Shown here piece by piece: positions 49,941 to 61,120 of a stretch of 64,000 bases of DNA. Numbering within the stretch: the first letter of the stretch is position 1; each line of letters starts with the position of its first letter. The notes under the pieces are model-generated. The model made no database searches, was not told the origin of the DNA, and saw nothing but the letters and a program-made list of their open reading frames with translations. The stretch comes from Octopus bimaculoides (Eukaryota), in NCBI RefSeq assembly GCF_001194135.2, contig NC_068995.1, forward strand, positions 32,535,574 through 32,599,573, in the 5' to 3' direction. The position numbers were made by a program, and so were the translations under genes.

Positions 49941-51329
49941 ATAATTGCAAGTACTATAAAGGGGTAGTATCTGTTGGAGATCTGAGTGTATGAGGAGTTT
50001 GATTCTTAGCTAACCCATTTCAATTATCTTTTTACACCAAAATATTTCCAGCCACATTCAGCGGCTGGAACCAAAGGGAGCGTTGCCCTAGGTGTATCAG
50101 GACACAGTATAATGCATAACAAAAAACAATTTCTCTCTTCATATATATGATATTAACTTCAGAAACGAGCCAACAATAATGCCTCTATGTGATCACTAAA
50201 GCAGCTAAAAAAAAAAGCAGGTGCTAGGAAGGGCATCCAACCATAAAAAACAGGTAAAAAGGAAACAAACAAGTGAGATATGATCCACTGACCCATCTGA
50301 GTAAGCGGTAACTTTAAAATAAGAATGGACCCATACCAGGATAGAAAGCAGATGTAAAACAACAACACCACCACTGCTGTTATCATTTTGTAACAGTTGG
50401 ATTTGGCCCCCACGTTTTGTCACATAAAAATCACAAGTCGATTATGTACACAAACCCATTTTCAGTCCAATCAACAGCTGTTGTTTACATGATAGTCTAG
50501 TGGCATGGCTAGAGCCTTCCATGAACAAAGCCAACAAATACAGCTCATGTGAGTGCGAAAGCTTCAGAGTGATTCCAGTCCTTGGTGGTGTTCACTCTAG
50601 AAGATGAAAACATTCCTTGGCAACAGCAATATGTATTGAAATGTAAAACTTAGTCCAAATGTTGAGTTTCTGATTAAGACTTTCTGCACTTGTCATATAC
50701 ATTGTTTCACCTGAATATTCCTTTTCTTGTATTGCATAAACATTTTCTGTATTAATGTAACAATAAATTATGTTCATAATACATAAAACAAGCCTTCTCC
50801 CACTCTCACTACAACTGTATCAGGTTACTGTATAATTTTTGCCTTTCAAATTTCATTCACAAAGCATTGATCAATCTGAGACTATAGCAGAAAACAGTTG
50901 TCAAGGTGTTATACAATGGAACTGAAGCCAAAACCTTGTGGTTTTGAAGTGAAACTTCTTAACCACAGAACCATGTTTTGTCTAGCATTCACAAACTGTA
51001 AGTAAGACAATGGTGACAGCAGCAACATCCACAAATGCTTTACTGTTTATTGCCCTCATCAACAAAGACAATGATAAGCAGGAGAATATAGAACCCATAA
51101 TCACAATACATCAGAGGACAAGTGGGACATGTATTTTTAAAATGCTAAGCACAGATGTGACTGTGTGGTTGAGAAGCCTGCTCCCTAACCATGTGGTCTT
51201 GGGTCCAGTCTCACTGCACAGTACCAGAGGCAAACGTCTTCTACTATAGCCCTGCACCAGTCAATGCTTTGTGAGTTGATTTGGTAGACAGAAGCTGAAA
51301 GAAGCCTTCTGTATGTTTGTATGCATGTA

Positions 51330-51790
51330 CCCTTTTCTAGACATCATGTGATGTTTGTAAAGGAGCATCATTGTCATACATGTTAATGATTTATAGGTAG
51401 ACAGTATTTCGTTATGCAACCATAACATGCTACAACGTATATTAAATGTTTTATAAGTTGATATCATGTACAACTGTGTTAGCAGTGCATTTAAATCATG
51501 TGTTAAGGTCATCTCTACAGATATTCTATAGAAATTACAGCCAGCATTGATTTTGTTACGACAGGCATGGCTGTGTGGTTAGGAAGCTTGCTTCCCAGCT
51601 ACATGGTTTCAGGTTCAGTCCCACCACATGGCACCTTGGGCAAGTGTCTTCTGCTATAGCCCCGGGCCAACCAAAGCTTTGTGATTGAATTTGGTAGGAG
51701 GAAGTTACTGCCGCATGTGTATATGTCTGTGCTTGTGCCTCTCCGAAAGAGAGAGAGAGAGAGAGGGGTTTCATATCTGAGATGTCATAC
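51330..51790. mobile_element. Foldback/MITE-like repeat interrupted by a SINE1 head (about 51563-51715); inverted relative at 57272-57520
   Basis: 51405-51560 is a diverged reverse complement of about 57365-57520. Confidence 0.75.
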
Positions 51791-51912
51791 AAGTGAGAAT
51801 GATCATCCCCAGTCTTCTATGACAAACGTGTGGCGATGGAGAAAATATATGATGAAGAGTATAAACTATTACCATATACTCTTATTACATGATAAATAAA
51901 TGAGAAAAGTAC

Positions 51913-52042
51913 CTTCTGTAGCAGGCATGTATTCTTTACCCTCAGTGAGTGTCTCCTTTAATTTAGCCGTGCGGAGAACTATGTCGCTAGTTTCTACTAG
52001 TGCAGGAACTTGGTGTTCAAATGTCTCAAAATTTGCAATTTT
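51913..52042 (-). CDS. NBAS: NBAS exon 6 (130 nt): KIANFETFEHQVPALVETSDIVLRTAKLKETLTEGKEYMPATE(V)
   Basis: tttgtag / gtactt, phase 0-1. Matches VLLRTGKLAE..FPTTEV. Confidence 0.93.
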
Positions 52043-52580
52043 CTACAAATAAATCAGAAAACATTACTTTCAGTTCCAAAAATGTCACAGTATCCATGGA
52101 GAAATTTGAACTAATCACTGCCAAGCTAATAATATACTTACCAGTTATGTAATGCCCTATGTTGAATACAGCAGTGAATTGTAATCTGCCCTTATACTTA
52201 TTTGTTCTTAGAGACTGGGCCATTACATGTAAGAGCATGTACCACACAGACACAGGTCTGTCAAAGAGTTACAATTTATCAACTTTCTATTAATGAATGC
52301 TTCATTACTTTACAGTGCTTCCAGGTTGAAAATAACATCACTAACCCTATATTAATTAGATATTGTACTGACAGAAATAAAATTATCACTGCTCACACTA
52401 CTTTTATAATGATTCGTACAAAGACACGCTTTGATTCTAGATGTTAGGGTAGTAGAAATATCACAATAGACTAAATCCAACCTGGGAGAGCCAGCAGCAG
52501 ACTGAGAGGAATCACATCAGTCATGGATAAACTACATCAAACACAGAATTCATTAATCAGAGATAAACTTCAACTGGACA

Positions 52581-52740
52581 CAGAATGCATCTATCGGAGA
52601 CAGAACGCATCTATCGGAGACAGAACGCATCTATCGGAGACAGAACGCATCTATCGGAGACAGAACGCATCTATCGGAGACAGAACGCATCTATTGGAGA
52701 CAGAACGCATCTATTGGAGACAGAACGCATCTATCAGTGA
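52581..52740. repeat. 20-bp minisatellite (cagaacgcatctatcggaga) x8
   Basis: Eight head-to-tail units without spacers; degenerate catcagtca units flank it. Confidence 0.97.
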
Positions 52741-52949
52741 TAGATTTCATCAGTCACAGAGAGACTTCATCAGTCAAGGGTAGACTGCATCAGTCAGTAA
52801 TATTATTTCATTAGTAAGAGAAAGACTCTAAATCAATCTGAGAGAGACTGCTAACATTATGGGCTGTGCATCTTTGACTCAGATTAACAAATATAATAAA
52901 TAACTACAAAGAAGAATATTAAAAATTTAGATGCTAAATAATTAGATAC

Positions 52950-53333
52950 CTTGTCAACCACACAATTTTCGATGATTTCTCCATAAAAAGGATGGCATGC
53001 TTGATTTTCAAAGTTCCAAATCTGTTCATCAGCAAATTGTTCCTTATTAGAATTAAAGCGTTGGACCGGAACCATTTTTACAAGGTTATGAATGGTGTGA
53101 TGCCACCACTTGACATCAGTAACTGAAGACAACATGCCTTTTGTTAATTCACCTGTACTAAGTAAAATATCTTTTGTCTGATTGAGGACATGCATTGAAG
53201 TTTGAGGGCTTTGTTCAGGAGTGAAAAATTCTGACACCCCACTGTCACTTATTGTACTGTCTATCATACTTGAAGGTTTTTCGTCAGAAGAGGACATGGT
53301 GCCAAATTCAGCACAGACTTGGTCATAGAGCAT
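52950..53333 (-). CDS. NBAS: NBAS exon 5 (384 nt): MLYDQV...KWWHH...QACHPFYGEIIENCVVDK
   Basis: ttacag / gtatct, phase 0-0. Contains the QWWK-like and GCHPFY-like motifs plus a Ser-rich linker. Confidence 0.94.
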
Positions 53334-53873
53334 CTGTAAAAGATAGAATTATAAGATGATGGAAGTGAAGACATACACAACATTAAAGCATGGTTTCTGC
53401 AACGAACACACTATAGCAATATTTTTTTCTAGCATAAACATGGAAACTAGAATTTTATGAGAAAAGCTTTGGAAAATTATGTGGAAACAACCTATTTTTC
53501 TTAATGACACTAAGAACATACATGATATGAATCTATTCCTACTTGAATATTATGATTATTAATATTTTTTATATAAGGGCTGTACAAGGTGGTGAGCTGG
53601 CAGAACCATTAGCATGCAAGGCAAAATGGTAGCAGCATTTCATCTGTCATTACAATCTGAGTTCAAATTCCACCAAGTTCAACTTTGTCTTTCATCCTTT
53701 AGGGGTCAATAAAATTAAGTACCAGTTGAACACTTGGGTCAGTGAAATCAACTTACCCCCTCCCTCGAAATTACAGACCTTGAACCAAAATATGAAACCA
53801 ATTTAAAGGCAGTGGGCTAGCAGAATCATTAGAGAACTGAAAACAAATGTCTTGAGATATTTGTACCAGCTCT

Positions 53874-53994
53874 TGATATTCTGATTTCAAATCCCATAGA
53901 GGCTAACATTTCATCCTTCCAAAGCAAATAAAATGATATTCTGATTTCAAATCCCATAGAGGCTAACATTTCATCCTTCCAAAGCAAATAAAAT
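53874..53994. repeat. Perfect 60-bp tandem duplication within a SINE2 copy
   Basis: Lines 53881 and 53941 are identical up to 53994. Confidence 0.97.
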
Positions 53995-54656
53995 ACCAGT
54001 CAAGTCCTGAAAGTCAGAAAAATTGATTGTACCCTCTCTCTCTCCCCCAAATTTCTTATTCCTATATATGAAATTATTATTACCTTCTGCTGAAAGGTAA
54101 AGTGTAGTAGAATTGGCAGAGTACTTTGTAGTATTTAGTCACATCCCTTTGCTGTCTGTTTTTTTTTTTAATCCCAATGTGCCTTTAACCCATTTGTTAC
54201 CATATTTCTGTTGAGATGCACTGTGTTTCTTTCAATTAATTTTAAATATAACAAAAAATTTAGTAAAATAACTTAGTTATCAATAAGCAAGTGTTAGGAA
54301 CATGAATTGTGACTAAAGTTTGATGGAATATTTTAATTCAGAACTTTTGAAAACAAGACATTTGTACTACAGAGCCAAAGGCAGTTTCAGATACAAATAA
54401 AATAAGCGTCAGTCAAAGACTGGAGTTATTTCAAATTGATTCTGCCTTCCCCAAGATATGTGGCTTGATCTATGATATAAGTTACTAAGTGACAACTATG
54501 TAAATATCAAATGTACATGAAAATAATCTGAATGAGAATAGATATTCCAGAAATGTGTATAACAGAGACAGGATCATATACATAATAAAATGGTAGTGTT
54601 TTGAATGATTATTTCTTTACCCATCATTAGACTTCAACAATCTGTTAGGCAGTTTA

Positions 54657-55930
54657 CAAGGATCAGCTGAAAAGTTCATAGGCTGACCAAGATTCTCCCA
54701 TCAAATGTGACCAAATGTGGTTTATTTTTCAACATAGTTTCCCTTGCAGTCCACACACTTCTCCCACTGGTGTTTCAGTACTTGGATCCCATCAGTGAAG
54801 ATGCTTTCATCCTCTTGGTAAAAAAAAAAGTTGTCAACAGTAGACATGATGTCATCATCACTACAATACTGGTTCCCAGTCAAGTGTTTTTACCATGTTG
54901 GGGAATAGATGATAGTTATATGGGGCCAAATCAATAGGGAGAGTGATCAACCAGTTCAAAGCTACAGTCATGCACAGAAGCCATTGAAACCAAGGACTTG
55001 TTGCTAGAGCATTGTCCTGATGAAACAAAACCACTTTCCTCAGGTCTTGATAACCTTCCGTAACTGCCTCAGCAACTTAGCAGAGAACTCTTCATTGATG
55101 GTGTGGTCCTTCTGAAAAGAGTCAATAAACACATTGCTTTTTGCATCCCTAAAAACTGAAGCCACCACCTTCCCTGCAGATGAAATGACTTTAGCCTTCT
55201 TAGGAGCAGGTGAGGAGGAGTGTTTCCAAAGCATGGATTGTCTCTTTGTCCTTGGTTCAAAGTGATGAACCAACACTCATCCTGGCTTAGGGAATGTTCA
55301 AGCAAACCAGCTGGATCTGTCTCAAACAATGTCAAATTTTTCCACAAAATGGTCAGCCTGGAGTGCTTTTGATCAGCTGTCAGAAAACATGGCACCCATC
55401 AAGCAGAAACTTTTGTCATGCCAAGTTCATTGTGCAAAATATTCTGAACTCTCTCACAGGACATACTAATAACATTGGCCATTTGATTTATAGTCAATTG
55501 CCTGTCATCCTTCACCATGTGTTGAACACAATGTTTTCCTCAGTGGTGCCAGTTGCAAGACGTCCAGATCTTGGGTAATCTTCAAGACTCTCCATTCCCC
55601 TCCTAAATTCAGCTGCCCACTTTTGCACTGTTGATAAAGCTGGAAGGTCATCCCCTAATGTGGCAATCATATCAACTTGAACGTCCTTGGCGGCAAATGT
55701 GTTTTCTGCAAGTACTTGATAACACCACAATGCCGAATTTTGACTATTTTCAAGAGAAGTTGCTACTAGTTATTTTTGAAGTCTTCTTTGAACAGTCAGA
55801 TATCAGTTCATTTGGAAAGAAACAAAGCAACTGTTAATAAGAAAAGTTAAAGTTGAAATTAATGCATGCAAGATTTCACAGTTCTAGCATCACTCCATAG
55901 TCAGTGTATGAACTTTTCAGCCCATCCTCA
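54657..55930 (-). mobile_element. Mariner (DD34D-type) transposon with both TIRs and TA TSD, decayed
   Basis: TIRs ..gctgaaaagttcataggctgac / gtcagtgtatgaacttttcagc... ORF pieces STVQKWAAEFRRG..SLED..RSGR, QDECWVHHFEP, SAGKVVASVF. Confidence 0.92.
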
Positions 55931-56093
55931 TAAGTTGTTAAAGAAGATGGAAAGATGACCACAGAAACAATCAGCTGAAATGTAGCTTCCATACTATCAT
56001 AACTGAAATGAGCTTATGCTTCAAGAAAAATGTCTTCAATAAGAACCCATCTAAAGAATCTGCTAAGAGACATGAATGGTCACATCGATTTAC

Positions 56094-56181
56094 CTGAATG
56101 TCTATGAGAGCTTTGGCATCAAGAATAGATTGTATTTGGTCAGGATCACAGTAAGTCAAAGCAAATTCCAGAAGTTCAATT
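56094..56181 (-). CDS. NBAS: NBAS exon 4 (88 nt): IELLEFALTYCDPDQIQSILDAKALIDIQ
   Basis: tgtag / gtaaat, phase 2-0. Matches QELMAFALTHCPPSSIELLL. Confidence 0.94.
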
Positions 56182-56299
56182 CTACAATAAAAAAATTTCC
56201 AAAGTTAAAATTACATCTGAAGAGTTTTACCAACCTCTTACATCTAAGTACATCGAAATCTTTCAGGCTTGTAATAGTTATTTGTTTTTTGATTTTTTT

Positions 56300-56686
56300 T
56301 TCTTTTACTTGTTTCAGTCATTCAATTGCAGCCATGCTGGGACACAGCCTTGAAGAATTTTTAGTCAAATGAATTGACCCCAATACTTTTTATTTTAAAC
56401 CTGGTACTTATTCTAATGATATCTTTTGCTGAACTGTTAAGTTATAGGAACATAAACACACCAACACTAGTTATCAAGTGGTGGTGGCAGACAAACTGAC
56501 ACAAAGACACACACACACATACATACAATGGACTTCTTTTAGTTTCTGTCTACCAAATCCACTCAAAAGGCTTTGGTCGGCCCAAGACTAGAGTAGAAGA
56601 CACTTGTCCAAGATGCCAAACAGTGGGACTGAAACCAGAACCAAGTGGTTGGGAAGCAAGCTTCTTAATACACAGCCACACCTATG
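56300..56686 (-). mobile_element. SINE family 1, full length
   Basis: Family match. Confidence 0.92.
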
Positions 56687-57162
56687 CTTGTTTCTTTTTT
56701 TGTTTGCTTGTTTGTTTTTTCTTTTAAGTTGAAATAACTTTATTACACTGATATTCACAAACACAGGTAGATTTGCATGTTAAGGTATTTCCTTTGCAAC
56801 CCCAGTCCCAGGTTCAATCTTACAACATGGTACCTAGAAAAAGTGACTCCTACTATTAAGTCAGATTGACTAATTGATTGAAATTTGATAAAAAGAACCT
56901 ACATAGAAATCCATTGAATGCATATCAATATTTGATCACAAAACTTGGTATGTTGGATGTAAAACCTCGCAAGTTCAATAGATTAAGTGATAGACAAAAA
57001 GTATTGAAGCTGATTACAACCAACTAAAAATTTGTGAAAGTGGTGCCCCAGCATGGTCTCAGTCCAATGAGTGAAACCAATAAAAGAATTCTAAACACTT
57101 AAAAACATATATTAACAATATTCCAATGGTACCCATTGATTAATTATGTGCACGTGTGAGTA

Positions 57163-57195
<33 letters not shown>

Positions 57196-57748
57196 GTGTG
57201 TGTGTGTGTATAAATATATGTGTGTGTGTGCATTTATCTGTGTGTAACATTTAAATAATATTCTTTACATATTTTCTATAGAAATTATAGCCACCACTAA
57301 TTCTGTTGCGACATCTCATATCTAAGACATCTGATGTAAACAAACAATAAGATGTCACGGATATGAAACGTAACAGAATCAGTGCTGGCTATAATCTCTA
57401 AAGAAAATCTGTAGAGGTGACTGTAACATGTGATTTAAGTGCACTACTAGCACAGTAGTACATGGTTTTGACTTATAAAAACATTTAATATACTTTGTAA
57501 CATATCATGGTTGCATAATGAAATACCATGTGACACTGGTAAAGCATTTGATATCAAAGCATAAAAAATAGGTTTTAAAAACATTTTTTTTTTCAACTTT
57601 ATAAGCAAATAACAAACGGTAAAAGGATGAGAGATTATGATGCTGGTGAACCTATCCGACTATCATATAAAATTCACCCTTTAATAGTTATATTTTAAGA
57701 GAAAAATTTTGATAAAATAGACACCAGTAATTAAAACAAAAGTCTTAC

Positions 57749-57867
57749 CGTGTTCCTAAAACACAGTTACCATTCTGGGATAAATCTACGCAGACACTCC
57801 ATGCCGGTGGATAAGATTTTTCCATCAACTGAGAGCATGCATAATAAGCCTTCATATAATCTTTAGC
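57749..57867 (-). CDS. NBAS: NBAS exon 3 (119 nt): AKDYMKAYYACSQLMEKSYPPAWSVCVDLSQNGNCVLGT(R)
   Basis: tgtag / gtaaga, phase 0-2. Matches DYKAASMHCQELMATGYPKSWDVC. Confidence 0.94.
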
Positions 57868-58780
57868 CTACAAAACATAAAACATTTAACATAACATTTT
57901 ATCTCAAAATAGCCAGTTTGCCAGAAGTCCTTGACCCTGACAAAAATCAAAAATCCACTTCTGTAACTTCCTCATTTTCAAAGATCTTGATAATTGCTTA
58001 TATAACAAGAGAGCAGCATGACTGCTATGCATAAAAGTTTCCTAAACTTGAAGAGATTTGCAAATGTGACAATTATCTAAATATTCTATACTTTATCCCA
58101 ACTTTGATGAATTGCAGAATGAACCCAAGTTAAAGACATGTAACTATTATTTCTTAACAAAACATATACAATTATTATCTACCTTGCTTTCTGAGTTCAA
58201 ATTCTGCTGACGTCGGCTTTGCTTTTCATCCTTTCAGAGTCAATAAATTAAGTACCACTGGGGTTGCTGTACTCCCTCCCCCCAAAAATTGCTGGCCTTG
58301 TGCCAAGATTTGAAACCAAAATCATCAACCTTGCTATAAGAATTATCAATCTTTCTTTATGTTTAAACCTTCAGCATTTAAACTGGCAATGTCCAGCCCA
58401 AACATTCTACATGTTTTATGTTCAAACTCGTCATATCTGACCTCTCACGCCTTCCCTACAGTGTTGTTCTATAAACATTCACATCATCAAAATCTTGAAG
58501 CTATGAGATATTGCATGATTAATTAAAAACAATGTAAATAAATGAGCATTACATTTGATAGAATAATCTGAATGCTCAAGGGTTAAATCAGTTAGACTCT
58601 TCGTTTTATTCCCACCTCTGGAGTAATTAGCTATAAGAACACCTCTATTATGACATCCATGAACTATGTAGATGATTGGTTGTAAGTAATAATTTCTATT
58701 ACCTTGGTAACCTAAAAACTGCTACAGGTATCAAAAAGGTTAAGCAAAATAATAAAAAAGCAAAAAACAAGTATACTTAC

Positions 58781-58873
58781 ATCCAGTGCCTTTTCTGCAA
58801 TTAATTTGTACACTTGGCCTTCAATTTCTGCATCATCTGCTGATACCCTCAATAGTCTTGCTAGCTGAAGAAG
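58781..58873 (-). CDS. NBAS: NBAS exon 2 (93 nt): LLQLARLLRVSADDAEIEGQVYKLIAEKALD
   Basis: Acceptor attctag, donor gtaagt, phase 0-0. Matches LLGLAELLRVAG..RGQVLILLVEQAL. Confidence 0.93.
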
Positions 58874-59053
58874 CTAGAATAGGGAAATATAGTCATCCGT
58901 TATAGTAACAAGCTTCTTAAAAATTTGATTAGATTTTAATGAAAACAGAAAATAAATAATTAAAACAATCAGGATTTTATCAATTCCTTGATCCTTTAGC
59001 ACTACCTTGGCCAGCAGTAAATTCCTACAAAAATTACACCAAAATTTATTTGC

Positions 59054-59264
59054 CTTTTATTTGTTTCAGTCACTTGATTGAAGCCATGCTGGGGCACTGC
59101 CTCGAAGGGTTTTAGCCAAATGAATCAACCTCCGGACTTCTGTGTTTTAAAGCTAAGTACTTATTCTATTGGTCTCTTTTGCCAAACAGCTAAGTTACAG
59201 GAATGTACACATACCAACACTGGTTGTCAAGTAGTGGTGGGGGACAAACACAGACACACACATG

Positions 59265-59310
<46 letters not shown>

Positions 59311-59402
59311 NNNNNNNNNNNNNNNNNNNNNNNNNNNNNNNNNNNNNNNNNNNNNNNNNNNNNNNNNNNNNNNNNNNNNNNNNNNNNNNNNNNNNNNNNN
59401 NN

Positions 59403-59440
<38 letters not shown>

Positions 59441-59602
59441 TCTATGACAGGCTTCATTCAGTTCCCATCTACCAAATCTACTCACAAGGCTTTAAGGAGC
59501 CCAAGGCTATAGTAGAAGACACTTGCCCAAGACATGCAGTAAGACTGAACTTAGAACCATGTGGTTGGGAAGCAAGCTTCTTACCACACACCCACACCTG
59601 CA
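59054..59602 (-). mobile_element. SINE family 1 with expanded internal (TA)n containing gap 59311-59402
   Basis: Family match on both sides of the gap. Confidence 0.9.
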
Positions 59603-61120
59603 TCTGTTTCCTTTTTGTTTTCTTTGTTGTTTTTTTTTGCATTCAATAAAAATAAACTATCAATTTATTAACACTACAGTGAAGACACATGGCCTAGTGG
59701 TTAGGGTGTTGCATTCATGATTGAAAGAGTGTGGTTTCAATTCACAGAATGGACAGTGTGTTGTCCTCTTGAGCAAAACACTTCATTTCACATTGCTTCA
59801 GTCCACTCAGCTATAAATCAGTAAGCCTGCAACAAACTGGTGTCCCTTTTAGGGGTTATGTTGTAATCTCAGTCCAGGCCATAGAAACCAGGTAACTGGC
59901 CCTATGAGCCCTAAGACTCAAGGGAATAAAAAGTCCAAGGGTTGATGATGATGATATTAACGCTAACAGTTTTCATCACTGACATGGTTGTTACACTTTT
60001 TCCATGCTGGCATGGGTTGGACAAGACTGCTTGAATCAGTAACCAGATCCACTTTCAGACACCAATTCTTGTTTTCAAGTATAGTACTTTATTTCATATC
60101 AAGCTGTTTATTTGTGAGATAAAAGAAATATCGCTGATCAAGTGGTGATGTGCCAATGTAAAGTAATTTGGAGACAGACAAACAAACACATACACAAATC
60201 ACACACAAGCAAAAATGAGCTATGATAATAAAGAGGACAGCTGAGAACTTGTGTTTCTGCCTCAATAGGAGTTATCAGCACACCAGTTCTACTTTGACTC
60301 CAGCAAATGAGATACTTAGACATATGAAAAAGAGTAGAAAACATTTATGGCTCGGATTAATTTGCATAATTTAAATGTCAGTATTATCATCATCATCATC
60401 ATCATCATTCAATATGCATTTTCCATGCTGACATGGAACAGACAGTTTGACTGGAACTGGTAAGCTGGAGAGCTGCATCAGGCTTCAGTCAACTGTTTTG
60501 GCTTGGTTTCTATGGCTGGATACCCTTCCTAATGCCAACTATTTTACAGAATGTACTGGATGGTTTTTATGTTCCACCAGCATGGATGTAAACATTATAC
60601 ACAAATAAAGGTATATCAAACACCATGCAAGATAAGTTCTTGGTTTATTGAAATTATTATTCTTTTGAGAGGATAAACAAATGCCTTGTGGCAACTGCAA
60701 CCAACTCCAAACAAGGAGGGTTGATAATCTCAAGAATCAAGAATTCTTTAAAACTGATATGCCATTAAAGAATAAACAGTCTGGTTCTCATTCATGAGAA
60801 AAATTAATCCAGAACAGGTGCAGGTGTGGCTATGTGGTAAGAAGTTGGTTTTACATGGTTCCAGGTTCAGTCCCATTGCATGGCACCTCAGGCAAGTGTA
60901 CTGGGGTCGATGCAATCGGTTTACACTCACCCCCAAAAAATTGCTGGCCTTGTGCCAAAATTTGAAACCGATATTATCAAACTCTTCCAGCAATTTGTTA
61001 CCAGATACATTAGAGTATCAATAATCATGCATTTATTATCCAATGAAAGACTAACACAGAGCATCTCAAAAGAAATATAGTGTATTTATTTTGAGATGCT
61101 CTGTGTTTCTTTCAATTACT

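Noticed and set aside
49684-49993. NEEGV/TPSSF repeat proteins
   Set aside because: They are translations of a minisatellite, without splice or homology support.
52026-52253. ORF with SLRTNK as an NBAS exon
   Set aside because: Phase is incompatible with exon 5; 51913-52042 matches NBAS far better.
52581-52740. CRISPR-like array
   Set aside because: Units are contiguous with no unique spacers, there are no cas genes, and it lies in a eukaryotic intron.
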